Source: a virus
Lineage: Duplodnaviria; Heunggongvirae; Uroviricota; Caudoviricetes
Virus record (IMG/VR): IMGVR_UViG_3300009788_000100
Strand: one strand, 5' to 3'
Length of the DNA stretch: 64,000 bases
Shown here: one piece after another, positions 26,852 through 37,096 of the stretch
Position numbering within the stretch: the first letter of the stretch is position 1
How the letters are laid out: the number at the start of each line of letters is the position of its first letter
Notes under the pieces: model-generated
What the model was told of the DNA's origin: nothing
Seen by the model: the letters and a program-made list of their open reading frames with translations, nothing else
Database searches by the model: none
Position numbers and translations under genes: made by a program

Positions 26852-27399
26852 GCCCGGTACCTTGTTTGAATTTCTACGGCTTGGTTGTAGATCTTCTCAA
26901 CTCCCGCGCCGCCAATTTTATTTGCGTTGGCGCCGCACTTGTAATTATCACAACAATTAAAGGTGCCCGTCCCATAAGCAAACGGTGGATAGATTTTTCC
27001 CGAAGTGCGGCAAGCTACACACAGATAGTGCCCCGCCCAGTCGCGCCAACAGGTATCATTATAGTGGCCGCATCCGTGGCAGTACTCGCTGTAGAGCTTA
27101 ACGATGAGGCTGCCCCTGGCGTCTACTCCCTCGGGAGATAAATCAATTCGGTACAGCTTCAAGTCCCCATGTTTTTTGTGTAAACTCCGATTAGTTGCGT
27201 TGGTGCAGGTTAACGTAAAGTAGTCTTTAGAGGGCATGCCACTTAAGACGTTTCTTTCGGTTACCTCTAAAATACAGTTGGCGCGCTGGATAAACTCCTG
27301 TCGCCTAGGACCCGAATACCTGGGTAAAAACTGCGGGTTCATCTGGTACGTTGCCCGCGGTACCAAAGTCGAGCAGTGCACGGGGTTGAGTATGATCAT
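26839..27399 (-). CDS. hypothetical Cys-rich protein
   Basis: 186 aa with YCHGCGHYNDTCWRDWAGHYLCVACRTSGK and NCCDNYKCGANANK clusters. Confidence 0.3.
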   Translation of the reverse strand: MIILNPVHCSTLVPRATYQMNPQFLPRYSGPRRQEFIQRANCILEVTERNVLSGMPSKDYFTLTCTNATNRSLHKKHGDLKLYRIDLSPEGVDARGSLIVKLYSEYCHGCGHYNDTCWRDWAGHYLCVACRTSGKIYPPFAYGTGTFNCCDNYKCGANANKIGGAGVEKIYNQAVEIQTRYRACRQ

Positions 27400-27684
27400 T
27401 TCAATTTTTCCAGTCCGCTCGCCAACGACTTTCGGTGTTTTTTAGTTTTCGTCTCTACTATTTTAACCTCGTCCACAGCAAGATCAGTCACTTGCATTAC
27501 GAAATGACTATCGTCCGCAATTTCAACTACGGGAGATAAATCCGCTCGGGAGAGCCCGGTTGTTTGGCTGCGGTTCCAGCGGAGGTACTCTTCCCAGGGA
27601 TCCCAGTTACAATGACTGCTTGCCTTTTTTTTTCGCTTGCTCGTTTTCACAGCGGCTTCGACCCTGTCCCGGCGCCGCTGCTTC

Positions 27685-28128
27685 TTACTCTGGCTTACTA
27701 CGCCGTACACCGGGTTTTCTCGACTGTCGCTTTTTGCTTTTGGGTTTCTGACGGCTCTTTTTTTCTTCGACAACTTTCTCTAGCGGTTCTTCTTGCCGTC
27801 CCGAAATCTCTTTTCCCTCGCCATTTTTATTTTCCCTCGTTGCCTTTAACCTCTCTAGGCGACCACGCGTGAAAGCAGCGTTGAAGTAACGCTGGAAAGC
27901 AACGGGGTACTCCTTGCGTCGGCGCTCAATTTTAGCTTCAATGCCCTCTGTTCTTTTAACAACCATCATGTCCCCTACAAAGATGGCCGTGTCTCTTAAA
28001 TCTTTAATAAAAGCGTAGGCTTCTGCCTGCTGCCGAAGTAGCTTTTTCTCACGCTCTGTTAGCTTCATCGGCATCTCGTTCCGTGTAAGGTATGATATAG
28101 TGTTCCACGAGTTGCTGCACATAGTCAA
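27685..28128 (-). CDS. hypothetical basic protein
   Basis: 147-aa ORF, K/R/E-rich tail. Overlaps the 27396..27773 ORF, so one boundary is wrong. Confidence 0.25.
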   Translation of the reverse strand: MTMCSNSWNTISYLTRNEMPMKLTEREKKLLRQQAEAYAFIKDLRDTAIFVGDMMVVKRTEGIEAKIERRRKEYPVAFQRYFNAAFTRGRLERLKATRENKNGEGKEISGRQEEPLEKVVEEKKSRQKPKSKKRQSRKPGVRRSKPE

Positions 28129-28783
28129 CTGCGGGTGCGCTTTCCGGCATCCACTCCGGGTGAAACTGCATACCCAGAGCTTTAATTTTCGGGTACCACA
28201 CTACGTCCGGTTCCGTCTTCAACTGCGCGGAAGCTGCGTCGATATCAATAACAGATTCCGCATCAAACGCGTAGTGCATTGAATAAGGCTTCGGACTCCA
28301 CGCCAGTACCTCAAAGTCACCGGTTGGTAGATCCCAAGGATATTGCATTTGGTGGTGATCCCCCTTCACCATTAATTCCTGAATGTAGCCCTCAGGGAAG
28401 CGTGCTGTTACTGGGTGGGTGCACATCCCATGATTGGTGACATCTTGAAGTAGCTTTCCCCCCGCCATCACACAGAGGAGCTGTGCTCCTCGGCAAATAC
28501 CTACCATCGGTACTCCGTGCGCTTGGGCGGTGTCAAAGACATTCATTTCCTCTACATCACGCGCAAAGTTAGAGAAAGTTGCGGGGTGCTTAGCCCGGTC
28601 ATAAATTTCCGGGGATACGTCGGCTCCCCCGGTAAAAACAACCATCGCGACTTGTTCTGGGGTTCGCTGAAGAATCTCCGGATCATCGGTATACTCGAAC
28701 CCGAAGGTGTGGAAGGGCCGAGAATGATTTCGAGGGGAGTCGTTAACTACTAATAGTTTTTTCAAAAGTGACATTACGGCCAT
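28049..28783 (-). CDS. class-I glutamine amidotransferase-like protein
   Basis: 244 aa. HGVPMVGICRGAQLLCVMAGG (G-x-C-x-G) and LGMQFHPEWM (H-P-E). Confidence 0.6.
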   Translation of the reverse strand: MAVMSLLKKLLVVNDSPRNHSRPFHTFGFEYTDDPEILQRTPEQVAMVVFTGGADVSPEIYDRAKHPATFSNFARDVEEMNVFDTAQAHGVPMVGICRGAQLLCVMAGGKLLQDVTNHGMCTHPVTARFPEGYIQELMVKGDHHQMQYPWDLPTGDFEVLAWSPKPYSMHYAFDAESVIDIDAASAQLKTEPDVVWYPKIKALGMQFHPEWMPESAPAVDYVQQLVEHYIIPYTERDADEANRA

Positions 28784-29657
28784 TTCTTTTTAGCTGTTCG
28801 ACAAGCTCCGCTGCACGTTTAAAGCTCCCGGAGGCAATAACCGGGTAGACCTCGCTCGAGAGCATCATTTCGGGGTTGGAAACGATAAAGCGTCGCGGGG
28901 GGACTGTTGTACCTGTCTGCCAACCCCACATGAGTGATCTTTCGTTGATGCACGCCGTTTTGAGGTGGCGGTCATCGATTTCTTCAGGACAGTGGGTTAA
29001 GCGATGCATTTGCAGCACTATCCCTAGGTCGCAACCAGCATTAGCTGGGTGGGAACCAAGCCCTGGAATGCTAGTGGAGAAAGGATAGAGCGACTGGTCA
29101 AGGTAACCAACGTGGTCTCGGTGACAATAGGCGATTGCCGCCCAGGGGTCGCAACCCGCTTCGTCGATTAGTTGGGTGCCGTGAAGAACAATACCAATCC
29201 CTTCTCTAATCCAACGTAACCAGCACAACTGCATATAAATACGAGGGATAATCGCCTCGGCGGCATCTAGGTCAATGCGAATTCCCTCTCCGGTTACCAA
29301 GCTTTTGGCAGTTTGCTTTAGGGGAAGTAGGCCGATAGCTTGCCCTATTTCCGCCCAGCGAATACAATGGGCGAGCGGGACCGGTACGCTGCCATCCTCT
29401 TCCACCGCCTGGTGCGGGCAGTATGTTAAGTATCTTGTGGCAGGGCGGTTTTTAAGGTAGTTACCTAGGTCTCCAAAGCAAGCACGGTTTTGAGTCTCCA
29501 GCAATACTTTATCATCCGCATCGCGAAGGTAGTACTTCACGGCATACTTAGGAGTTTTGTAGCGTTTTGACTGTACCGCAGCGAGAAGCCGACGTATTGT
29601 TCTATCCGGAAATAAACGCCGCATCAATTCCGCATTTAGAAGCGCACTTGTAACCAC
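28743..29657 (-). CDS. hypothetical protein (candidate Cys/His enzyme)
   Basis: 304-aa ORF with AGCDPWAAIAYCHRDHVGY. No family assigned. Confidence 0.35.
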   Translation of the reverse strand: MVTSALLNAELMRRLFPDRTIRRLLAAVQSKRYKTPKYAVKYYLRDADDKVLLETQNRACFGDLGNYLKNRPATRYLTYCPHQAVEEDGSVPVPLAHCIRWAEIGQAIGLLPLKQTAKSLVTGEGIRIDLDAAEAIIPRIYMQLCWLRWIREGIGIVLHGTQLIDEAGCDPWAAIAYCHRDHVGYLDQSLYPFSTSIPGLGSHPANAGCDLGIVLQMHRLTHCPEEIDDRHLKTACINERSLMWGWQTGTTVPPRRFIVSNPEMMLSSEVYPVIASGSFKRAAELVEQLKRNGRNVTFEKTISS

Positions 29658-30148
29658 AACTTCCTCTTACATTTCTTAAAGCCGTTGTTAATGAAACACT
29701 GAACTTTTTTATCGTAGTTATTCTTTAGGACACGAAAGCCCCAGTTATAGTGCCCCCACCAGGGGTGTGGTCGGTGGCAGTTTTTAATCCCCCTCCACTT
29801 GCCGTACTTTTTGTAACCACATTTTCCTGTACTACTATACAGTTTAACGCAGAACTTAGTATGTTGTTTCTCCCAGTAGAGCAATTCTCTCGCGGCTTCC
29901 CTTACAGAGGCCTTATCGCTGGGCATTTTGGGGCGGGTATCTGAAGTCGTGGTGCGGTGGTTTTGACAAAAACCAATGTCCCAACTTTTGTTCTTATTGC
30001 GGTGCCACTTTTTACTGCCGTTGCCGCTTTCGTAGCGGCAAATACCCTCTAGCACAGCAGCATCGACCCCGTACTTCTTTGCGGTCGCCTGGAAGTAAGT
30101 ACCGCTAAGTGCGGCTAGTGCTATAATGGCGCTAAAAAGGTATGGCAA
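29636..30148 (-). CDS. secreted lytic transglycosylase (SLT/lysozyme-like) domain protein
   Basis: 170 aa. N-terminal signal peptide (MPYLFSAIIALAALSG), GVDAAVLEGICRYESGN with catalytic-type E-S, then IGFCQ (compare GLMQ). Confidence 0.5.
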   Translation of the reverse strand: MPYLFSAIIALAALSGTYFQATAKKYGVDAAVLEGICRYESGNGSKKWHRNKNKSWDIGFCQNHRTTTSDTRPKMPSDKASVREAARELLYWEKQHTKFCVKLYSSTGKCGYKKYGKWRGIKNCHRPHPWWGHYNWGFRVLKNNYDKKVQCFINNGFKKCKRKLWLQVRF

Positions 30149-30343
30149 ATCTACTCCTTGCTTAGGTTGTCACTGCCCAGCTCCGCCAGTTCTCCAATTG
30201 CTTTTACGGAGAGCCAAAAAGGAGGTAAATCCGACCCGGGCTCGTGGACACGATAAAAGCGACCATATTCGTTATATAAGCCGCTGTATTCGACAGTGGT
30301 GTTGTTGTCCCGTAAAATCTGAACCGCATCGCCAAAGAGCACC

Positions 30344-31267
30344 TTAAAATTCCCAAGCTTGAGAAAGCTCGGCGGCAGGCATCGTATCCACTTGCTCTAT
30401 TCTATTGTGAAGCTCTTCATCCAACAACGGGTGGAGGTGTTCTTCGTAGAGTTTTCGAGCCGTCGCGATGTCAGACTCGTTGATGACCCGCTGCAGCTCT
30501 TCCGCGCCACCGAGATCCTCGATGAGCTCGACGAAAAGCTCTTCGTCAAGAGCAACTGCAAGCGCTTTGGCACTCAAGTCATAGATGAGGTGGGTGTGTT
30601 CTGGCGTAGCCAGCCACCACGAGCTGCAGGCCCGGTATTCAACCCCGTATGTTTTGGGGCGGTGCGCGCCCGCCTTTCCATAGAGGCCGCGCCGCGCCGC
30701 CGCCGTCACATCCTTGTCTAAGAAGACACTCATAAGACCAACAAAGATATCAAGAGCCTTAACGACCCTCACTTTGCCCAAACCACTTTCGTCAAGCAAC
30801 AGCTCCGCTAACTCTTTGTCTTCTTTGTGCGCGCCGATATGAAGGTGCCCGCCGGCGGACCGGAAGGGCTTGTGCGCCGCGTCAGCGGGAACGTGGTTGA
30901 TCGCTAGTGCGTAAGCATCGAAGTCGGGGTCACAGCCGAAGGCGCTCGCTTCGTAACCTTGGAGCTGGCTGTTCGGAAAGTTAGCCGAAGCTTGTAACAG
31001 CAGTTCGGTGTTCTTTGCTGCCGCTAAAGAAGAAATTTCCTTTAGCGCTGTTCCTATAATAGCGGTAAACTTTTCAGGAGTATCCGCCGGAATGGTGTTA
31101 AACTCGATGAGTACGTTGTCATGCAAAACAGCACCACCAGTGGCCAACGGCCGGGGCGCCATCTTACCTTCCGCAATCACGGGGATTGCGGAGCGTAACT
31201 CCTTAGTCTCAGGGTCCCTTAAGAAAAGTTCGGGGTCTGAGCCTAACAAAAAGCGAACCGTCTCCAT
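30344..31267 (-). CDS. carboxylate-amine ligase (YbdK/GCS2-like 'amidoligase'), paralog 3
   Basis: 307 aa. LLGSDPELFLRDPE at the N-terminus and SAGGHLHIGAHKED. Same motif pair as 2831 and 9418. Confidence 0.55.
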   Translation of the reverse strand: METVRFLLGSDPELFLRDPETKELRSAIPVIAEGKMAPRPLATGGAVLHDNVLIEFNTIPADTPEKFTAIIGTALKEISSLAAAKNTELLLQASANFPNSQLQGYEASAFGCDPDFDAYALAINHVPADAAHKPFRSAGGHLHIGAHKEDKELAELLLDESGLGKVRVVKALDIFVGLMSVFLDKDVTAAARRGLYGKAGAHRPKTYGVEYRACSSWWLATPEHTHLIYDLSAKALAVALDEELFVELIEDLGGAEELQRVINESDIATARKLYEEHLHPLLDEELHNRIEQVDTMPAAELSQAWEF

Positions 31268-31291
31268 GGAAATTTCTCCTTATCCCTCTTG

Positions 31292-32140
31292 CTACCAGTT
31301 CTTCTTGACCGCAGCAGCAACCCTACCTTCGGAAAGAGAAACTATTCCGGAGTGATCGTGCAGGCCGTAGATTCCCGCATCTGCAGGGTAGTTATCCTCG
31401 AATTTTGAAGCGAATATTTCTGTAATCGGTTTTCCGATCACCTTATCCAGCCCCGCTTTAGCGCGAGTAGTGTACTTAGCATCATTGCTGCCGATATAAC
31501 TCTTGGCGTTCTCAAAGTGTTCCCGCCACGAGCCTTCCTCGTAGGTCATACCGACGCGGACGGCGAGGGTGTAAAGAGAAATCAGTGTAGGTGAGTACAT
31601 CCACCTAACATCACCGACAAGAACGTAAACTTCGTCGGTACCGTCCTTGTATTTGCCGCCATATTCCAGGCGGCTGGGATCAAATCCCTGATCCGCTTCG
31701 ATAGCCCGCATGAAATTTAGCGACTTCAAGCACTTAGACTTAAAGTCTTGGTCCCCTTTAAGGCGAACTGCGACGCGGGTAGCCTTAAAATCAACCACCG
31801 GATTAGTTCCGGGAACATAGTAGAAGCCATAGATGCCGGCGTTTTGATTGTTGATGGTTGCCCAGACAGCATCCTGCAGATAGTCTTTACAGAAAGCAAA
31901 CGGATGGCACTGTTTACCCTCGGGAGAGACCCAGGAAAATTCCAAACCAGTGCTGTATATCTGGTTCATCCCTTTATCGTCGAACCAGCTCGTCATAACG
32001 GCGGTGGTAAGGTCTAACGGTGTCGATTCGTTCGCGGCTATCTTAACTGCCCCCACGAAACTCTTGCCGGTGGCTACCGCGTTGGCTCGACGAGTGATCC
32101 AGCCCTGCTTAGCAGCTCTGCTTCGTTTTGAGTTGACCAT
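31292..32140 (-). CDS. hypothetical protein
   Basis: 282-aa ORF, no motif recognised. Confidence 0.35.
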   Translation of the reverse strand: MVNSKRSRAAKQGWITRRANAVATGKSFVGAVKIAANESTPLDLTTAVMTSWFDDKGMNQIYSTGLEFSWVSPEGKQCHPFAFCKDYLQDAVWATINNQNAGIYGFYYVPGTNPVVDFKATRVAVRLKGDQDFKSKCLKSLNFMRAIEADQGFDPSRLEYGGKYKDGTDEVYVLVGDVRWMYSPTLISLYTLAVRVGMTYEEGSWREHFENAKSYIGSNDAKYTTRAKAGLDKVIGKPITEIFASKFEDNYPADAGIYGLHDHSGIVSLSEGRVAAAVKKNW

Positions 32141-33307
32141 CTAGCTTATTTTTTCCTATGTAAATTTCTTTAAAGACAGCCCCCGGTAATGACATTTATC
32201 ACACCGGTAGAGGCCCGTTAATCCGCGCACTGTAGTTCCCCCCTTACCATTACCGATTAATTCGTAACGGTACCGCCTCCAAATTATACCAACACCACAC
32301 CTTTGGCAATACTGTTTCGTAGCTCGCTCGAAATAAAACCTGGAATCAGTTGGGATGCGGTGATCAAACCAGGCTAGTAAGGTGTTCTCCGCTTGCAGTT
32401 CTCTATACTTGAAGATGTAAAAGCCGACAACAACTACACCAAGCACTATTACCCAGATCATTCGTCCAACTCCAAACCTATTTCGGAGATAACAAAGAGC
32501 TCAGTTTCAACCACGTTGACAGTAGTACGCACGATGTCTGAAATATCAGCTGTTTTTTGACGCCGGTTCCAGTCGTCCCAGTCTTCTATCGCCCTACGTC
32601 GCCGATCTCTTACACGGGCAAAGGGGGGTATTATTTTGTTAACAACACTCCGACTGTGTGGACCTGCCCAACCGCGAGCTGACCCCGGGGGGTTAGCCAT
32701 CATCCGTCGTGGTCGAGCAAACGTCAGAAAACAGTTAGCGCAGTGGTAGTCTGTATAGCTCCCGGCATCGGAGAAGCGAGAAGGGCCTTGTTGTTCTTGG
32801 GCGGTTAATAAATGACAGTAAGGACAATTAATAATCATCCTTACCCCCATTCTTTTTATCTGCAGGTACAAGACACCTATCTAACTCAAAAGACATAGTG
32901 GATGTTCTTATTGCCCGGCGCCCATAGCTGTTTTTGTTGTTCCCCCAAGGCATCCAACGAACTTTTGTGTTTGGCCAAGTACTACTAACCATACAGTAAG
33001 TTCCTTTTGGAATGCCGCCCCTATCGCACCTTAGAAAGAACATTCTTCCGAGAACAAAACGCTTCAAGCTATACTTCGCTAAGGCTTCGTGCACCCCATC
33101 CAAGTATTGTTTAGAAAACTTACGCCTTTTTTCTCTGGAAGCAGACCAGTAGTCCTCATCTGGCCGCTTGTCCATCTATAACAGACCCTCAAATAAGCTA
33201 ATGTTGCTAAACAACATTACTGGGGTAAGCAATAGCTGAATGGGGAGCAACAGCGGCATCAGTAGGAGCGCGAGCATGGCGGTAAAGAAGCGGAATATAG
33301 TGCCCAT

Positions 33308-34069
33308 TTATGCTAAAACCTGCTTGAGTTCTTTGGGAGAAAGCTCGTTGTTACTGAATTCGAAGAGGGCGTGCCCCCTGGCAGCGTTAGAAAAGTGAAC
33401 TTTATTTAAACCGCCCCCTCCGTTTGTCATCTGTCCAAAAGCTTCATGAATGTGACCAAAACAGTGTAGACGTACGTTAGTTTTTCCTGTATACATTCTA
33501 CGTTGCAGATAGCCGTGCAAAGCGGTAGAGCCACAAAGATCGCCGCCGTAAGCCCCATCTAGAATTCCGTAGGGTGGGGCGTGTGTAACTAAGATATCAA
33601 TGTTAACTGCTAACTTTTGCGTCCGCTCAACCCAGGAAGTAAAGTCTAACTCATCCGCCCAGGTGTTATCGTTGCCGATAGCGTTGATGCCGCGGACGCC
33701 ACCGAAGTGCACACCGTTGATTGTATAAAGTGTGGCTTCGTCCCCCATCTCGTAGGTGTCACCTCCATCAAATAAGCGCGCAAGCGAGACAAAATCATGG
33801 TTGCCCCGACAGATAACTACGGGGGCTTTTGGGTTTCCGAGGTATTGGCGACCGTCAATTTTCCGCAGCGCCTTGGCCTGTAGAAAAATCTCCCTATTCC
33901 TATCAATGCCCCCGAAGTTTTTAGTAGGGTAGTTATCTAACATGTCCCCTGTACAGATATAGACATCCGCTTCGGGGAGCAGGTACCACTCGCCGTGGAA
34001 GTCACTGAAGTGGCAAATTAGCATATTAATTTCCGAGGAAAGACAATACCGCTGCACCGATGGCAGCAA
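33308..34069 (-). CDS. calcineurin-like metallophosphoesterase
   Basis: 253 aa. YICTGDMLD (GD), VICRGNHDF (GNHD/E), CFGHIHEAF (GHxH). Confidence 0.65.
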   Translation of the reverse strand: MLPSVQRYCLSSEINMLICHFSDFHGEWYLLPEADVYICTGDMLDNYPTKNFGGIDRNREIFLQAKALRKIDGRQYLGNPKAPVVICRGNHDFVSLARLFDGGDTYEMGDEATLYTINGVHFGGVRGINAIGNDNTWADELDFTSWVERTQKLAVNIDILVTHAPPYGILDGAYGGDLCGSTALHGYLQRRMYTGKTNVRLHCFGHIHEAFGQMTNGGGGLNKVHFSNAARGHALFEFSNNELSPKELKQVLA

Positions 34070-34475
34070 CGGCAGAGATCAGTGCTACAGTTACTGTGTA
34101 TTTTCCTTTACGGCCGACACGTTCGGCTTCTTTCTCTTGTGAAAGACGATCACTGTCGGAAACTTCCAAGCGTTCGAGATCCCGGCGTAGCTCTATAATT
34201 TGGTTTTCTATGGTGGCCACGCGAGCGATAAGGGGCTTTTCACCGTTACCCTCGTGAAGAACTTTGGCGATGCGTCGGATAGCTCCGTGAACTTCCTTGA
34301 GATCTTCTCGGAAGTGATCCAAGTCCCGAGACTGCCCCTCTTGAGACTCTAGCAGAGTACTCAACATCGCCGCCATCGTATCAGCAACTTTATTCAGTTG
34401 TTCGACGACTTGTTCATCCACTTTTGTGTGTTCGTCAGCACTCAAGGAAGCCTCCAAAAGAAGAGGCCCTCCCAT
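34026..34475 (-). CDS. coiled-coil protein with C-terminal transmembrane anchor
   Basis: 149 aa, heptad-like charged region. Hydrophobic C-terminus TVALISAVAAIGAAVLSFL. Confidence 0.3.
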   Translation of the reverse strand: MGGPLLLEASLSADEHTKVDEQVVEQLNKVADTMAAMLSTLLESQEGQSRDLDHFREDLKEVHGAIRRIAKVLHEGNGEKPLIARVATIENQIIELRRDLERLEVSDSDRLSQEKEAERVGRKGKYTVTVALISAVAAIGAAVLSFLGN

Positions 34476-34514
34476 ATTTAAAGGAGAGCCTCTTCGTCTT
34501 TCTGTTAGGGGTTA

Positions 34515-34988
34515 CTACTCGCTCAGTGTCGCAGCAATGCCAGCGACCTTCTCTAAAATATCGGGGTTTTTGTCGAAGAGCTCAGCGAAGTTGATGCCGG
34601 CAAGAGCTGCCGCCGCAGCGGCGTCGCCGCTCTGGAGCGCCTTCTGCATTTTCTGCTGATTGGAATCACGACCGAAACTGATGTTGTGAATCAGTACCTC
34701 GGTAAAGTTCTTCCAGGCGTCGCCCTCCTTCGCCGGTCTGATGTTGTTGACGCGAAGTTCGCCGATAATAGCGACCTCTTTGCCCTTTCCGGTGAAATTT
34801 GCCATGTTAGTGGCAGTATTTCCCCAGGCGACGACCTGCACGGCGTCGTAGCGGCGCTTACCGTCTTTCGAGGGCCTTCGGTTAATGATGACGCGACCAA
34901 CAGCGCGAGCTGAGCGGCCATTTTCTTCGGGGGTGTACATTACCCCATCCGCAAGTCGGCCGACGAGCTGTACTTGATTCATATCCAT
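34515..34988 (-). CDS. single-stranded DNA-binding protein (OB-fold SSB), paralog 2
   Basis: 157 aa. VQLVGRLADGVMYTPEENGRSARAVGRVIINRR...YDAVQVVAWGNTATNMANF..GKEVAIIGELRVNN is a classic SSB OB-fold pattern. Ala-rich linker; no acidic DDDIPF-type tail. Confidence 0.65.
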   Translation of the reverse strand: MDMNQVQLVGRLADGVMYTPEENGRSARAVGRVIINRRPSKDGKRRYDAVQVVAWGNTATNMANFTGKGKEVAIIGELRVNNIRPAKEGDAWKNFTEVLIHNISFGRDSNQQKMQKALQSGDAAAAAALAGINFAELFDKNPDILEKVAGIAATLSE

Positions 34989-35061
34989 GGGTTCTCTCTC
35001 CTATTCGGGGGTATTGTACCGCCGTACTACCGACGAATACTTTCGCCCTTTAAACCACCAC

Positions 35062-35694
35062 CTAACCAGCTTTATTACTTTGCTGGGCTTGAAGGATGAT
35101 GTTAGTAATTACATCTTGGAAAAGATAGGCCCTTGCGGAATTGCTGAGTTCCTTCTTAGGCAGCACTACCGCTGCTGGTTTTGTTGCTTTCTTCTCCTTT
35201 TGAGTAACTCTGATCGATGCTACTGCGGTCGCTTCTTCCAGCTCCTGTTGCGTCTCTGCTTGGTCGTGGAAAACAGGCCCTTCTTCCGAAAAGCGAAGCA
35301 TTCCCAACATCCAATAGACGGGGGATTCTGCCTGCTGCTGACAAAACTCAAGGTTTGAGTCCCACAGAGTTACTTTGCTTGCTCCAAGCCCAGGCAGAGT
35401 GACTCGTGTGTACTTCTCCCGGTGGTTCACACAAATGCCATACTCTATGAAGAAGAGTACATCCGGATTGAAGGTGAGGTTAGAGATAAAACGCTGAAAA
35501 ACAGTCTGATTCCAATAGAGATACACCTTTGGGGCCAACCCGTCGGCAACAAAGCCGAGCCGAAGTCCGAAAGCGAAGTCTTTGACCCACCGTTGTCCAC
35601 GTTTATGTTTTTTCGACCACTCGACAAGCTGGTCGCCGCGCGCTTCCTTTCCAAGGAGAGGAAACGCGTCGGGCTCGAAGTGTTGTTTACTCAT
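35062..35694 (-). CDS. hypothetical protein
   Basis: 210-aa ORF. Confidence 0.3.
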   Translation of the reverse strand: MSKQHFEPDAFPLLGKEARGDQLVEWSKKHKRGQRWVKDFAFGLRLGFVADGLAPKVYLYWNQTVFQRFISNLTFNPDVLFFIEYGICVNHREKYTRVTLPGLGASKVTLWDSNLEFCQQQAESPVYWMLGMLRFSEEGPVFHDQAETQQELEEATAVASIRVTQKEKKATKPAAVVLPKKELSNSARAYLFQDVITNIILQAQQSNKAG

Positions 35695-35715
35695 GGTTTT
35701 CCTTTCAGTAACTCT

Positions 35716-36156
35716 TTACCGGGCCGCAGCCGTTGCCAACTCTTCGAACTCCATCATGTCGGAGGTGTAAAGCCGTGCTGCCCTAGGGGATACTGCTCCC
35801 CCAGAGGGGTCTGTAACTAGTGCGTTTATAAGGCACAGAGTGTCAAGGTGTTTCAGTGGTTTAGGTACAACTCTGTCACAAATCTCCCCGTCGACTATAA
35901 GGTACGTACCTATTTCTAGCTTCCTTAAGTAGGCAATATAATCGCTCGCCGCGCAACGAAAAAAGACATCGGCGCTAAGGCCCTCAAAGCCCCTGTAGTC
36001 GAAGCGTCGACTTCCTTTCCAGTGAGGGTGCAACGCTAGTTCGCCAACAACAATGCTCCACTCTTGCTGGTGGTGTACGGAGTCGTCTTGCAAGCTTACT
36101 AACCGCGCTACCCACCCGCTGAAAGGCGCAAAGTAAGCATTACTATAACCTACCAT
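35716..36156 (-). CDS. hypothetical protein
   Basis: 146-aa ORF. Confidence 0.3.
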   Translation of the reverse strand: MVGYSNAYFAPFSGWVARLVSLQDDSVHHQQEWSIVVGELALHPHWKGSRRFDYRGFEGLSADVFFRCAASDYIAYLRKLEIGTYLIVDGEICDRVVPKPLKHLDTLCLINALVTDPSGGAVSPRAARLYTSDMMEFEELATAAAR

Positions 36157-36840
36157 CGTTTTTTCCGCCTTCTCTCCGATGATGAACCCAGTCTGTGAAC
36201 AAATAAATGCCCGCTGTTACTAAAATATAAGGAATAAACAGCCAACTGGTAGTACCCTCTATAGCGAAATAAATAATCCAAAAGGTCGCTAAGAGTACAT
36301 TTAGTTTTGCTGCGTAAATGCAGGGGGGATACTTCAACGGTATCTCACAACCGTACAACGAAAAGTGTCAGCAGCTTCAGCAACAGTTGGTCGCCCTGAC
36401 TCTGCCCAAGCGATTGGGATGTACGCCTCTTCCCCCGGCTTGTTGAGAGCTTTTAAGTTAATGTGTAGCGCCCAATTCCCATCTCCGGAGCAGCTCCAGG
36501 GAACCACTTCGAGGATGTCGTTACCTTTCCAAAAGTTTAACACGAAGTCAATATCTTCTTTAGTCCCCCCACGTAGGAATAAAATCAACTTGGTGACCGA
36601 AATAGAATCAACACTAAGCATAGTCATACCGAGGTACATTAGTTTTCCTCAGTTTTTAGCGGTAATTCAACATAGTAAAGACGGTCAAACTCGGGAAGGG
36701 TTAAAAGCTTGGTTTCTTTTTTGACAAAACTATGTACGCTCACTCTATTGTCGTCTCTTTTTTCTCCGACGAAATACGCGACTAGCGTTTCTTTATCAAC
36801 TACCCTATCGCCTCTTTTCATATGTTGCCTTTTGATTTAG

Positions 36841-36905
36841 CGTGCCGTGTGGGATTCGAACCCCGGAGTCTGCCATCTACAGAACGCTCCTCACATCCGC
36901 AGCAC
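36841..36905 (-). tRNA. tRNA-like element, non-canonical (possible tRNA pseudogene)
   Basis: Minus-strand GGGGUUCGAAUCCC T-loop motif. The acceptor-like 5' GUGCUGC pairs with 3' ACGGCAC with mismatches. Only about 65 nt; the T-stem is interrupted by an ACA bulge. Confidence 0.3.
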
Positions 36906-37019
36906 TGAAGCTTGCCCGTCCCCGAGACAGGAGCTCTTAATTGCGCGCTGCTGCTTTCCCTGGGCAAGGTGGGGATCAGACCCGCGCCCTTACCATTTTT
37001 TAAGCTAACGGCACAAACA

Positions 37020-37096
37020 ACAATCGCCTTGGATTCGAACCAGGCCTTCTGAGACTAAAGAGGACTCAGGTGTGCGTTACCACCACACTCCGATTG
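37020..37096 (-). tRNA. tRNA-like gene with abnormal anticodon arm
   Basis: Minus strand. Acceptor CAAUCG/CGAUUG (6 bp plus one mismatch), D-arm UGUG-GUGGUAACG-CACA, T-arm CCUGG-UUCGAAU-CCAAG. The anticodon arm is CUGAG/CUCAG with an 11-nt loop UCCUCUUUAGU (or a 7-bp stem with loop CUCUUUA). Isotype not assignable. Confidence 0.4.
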
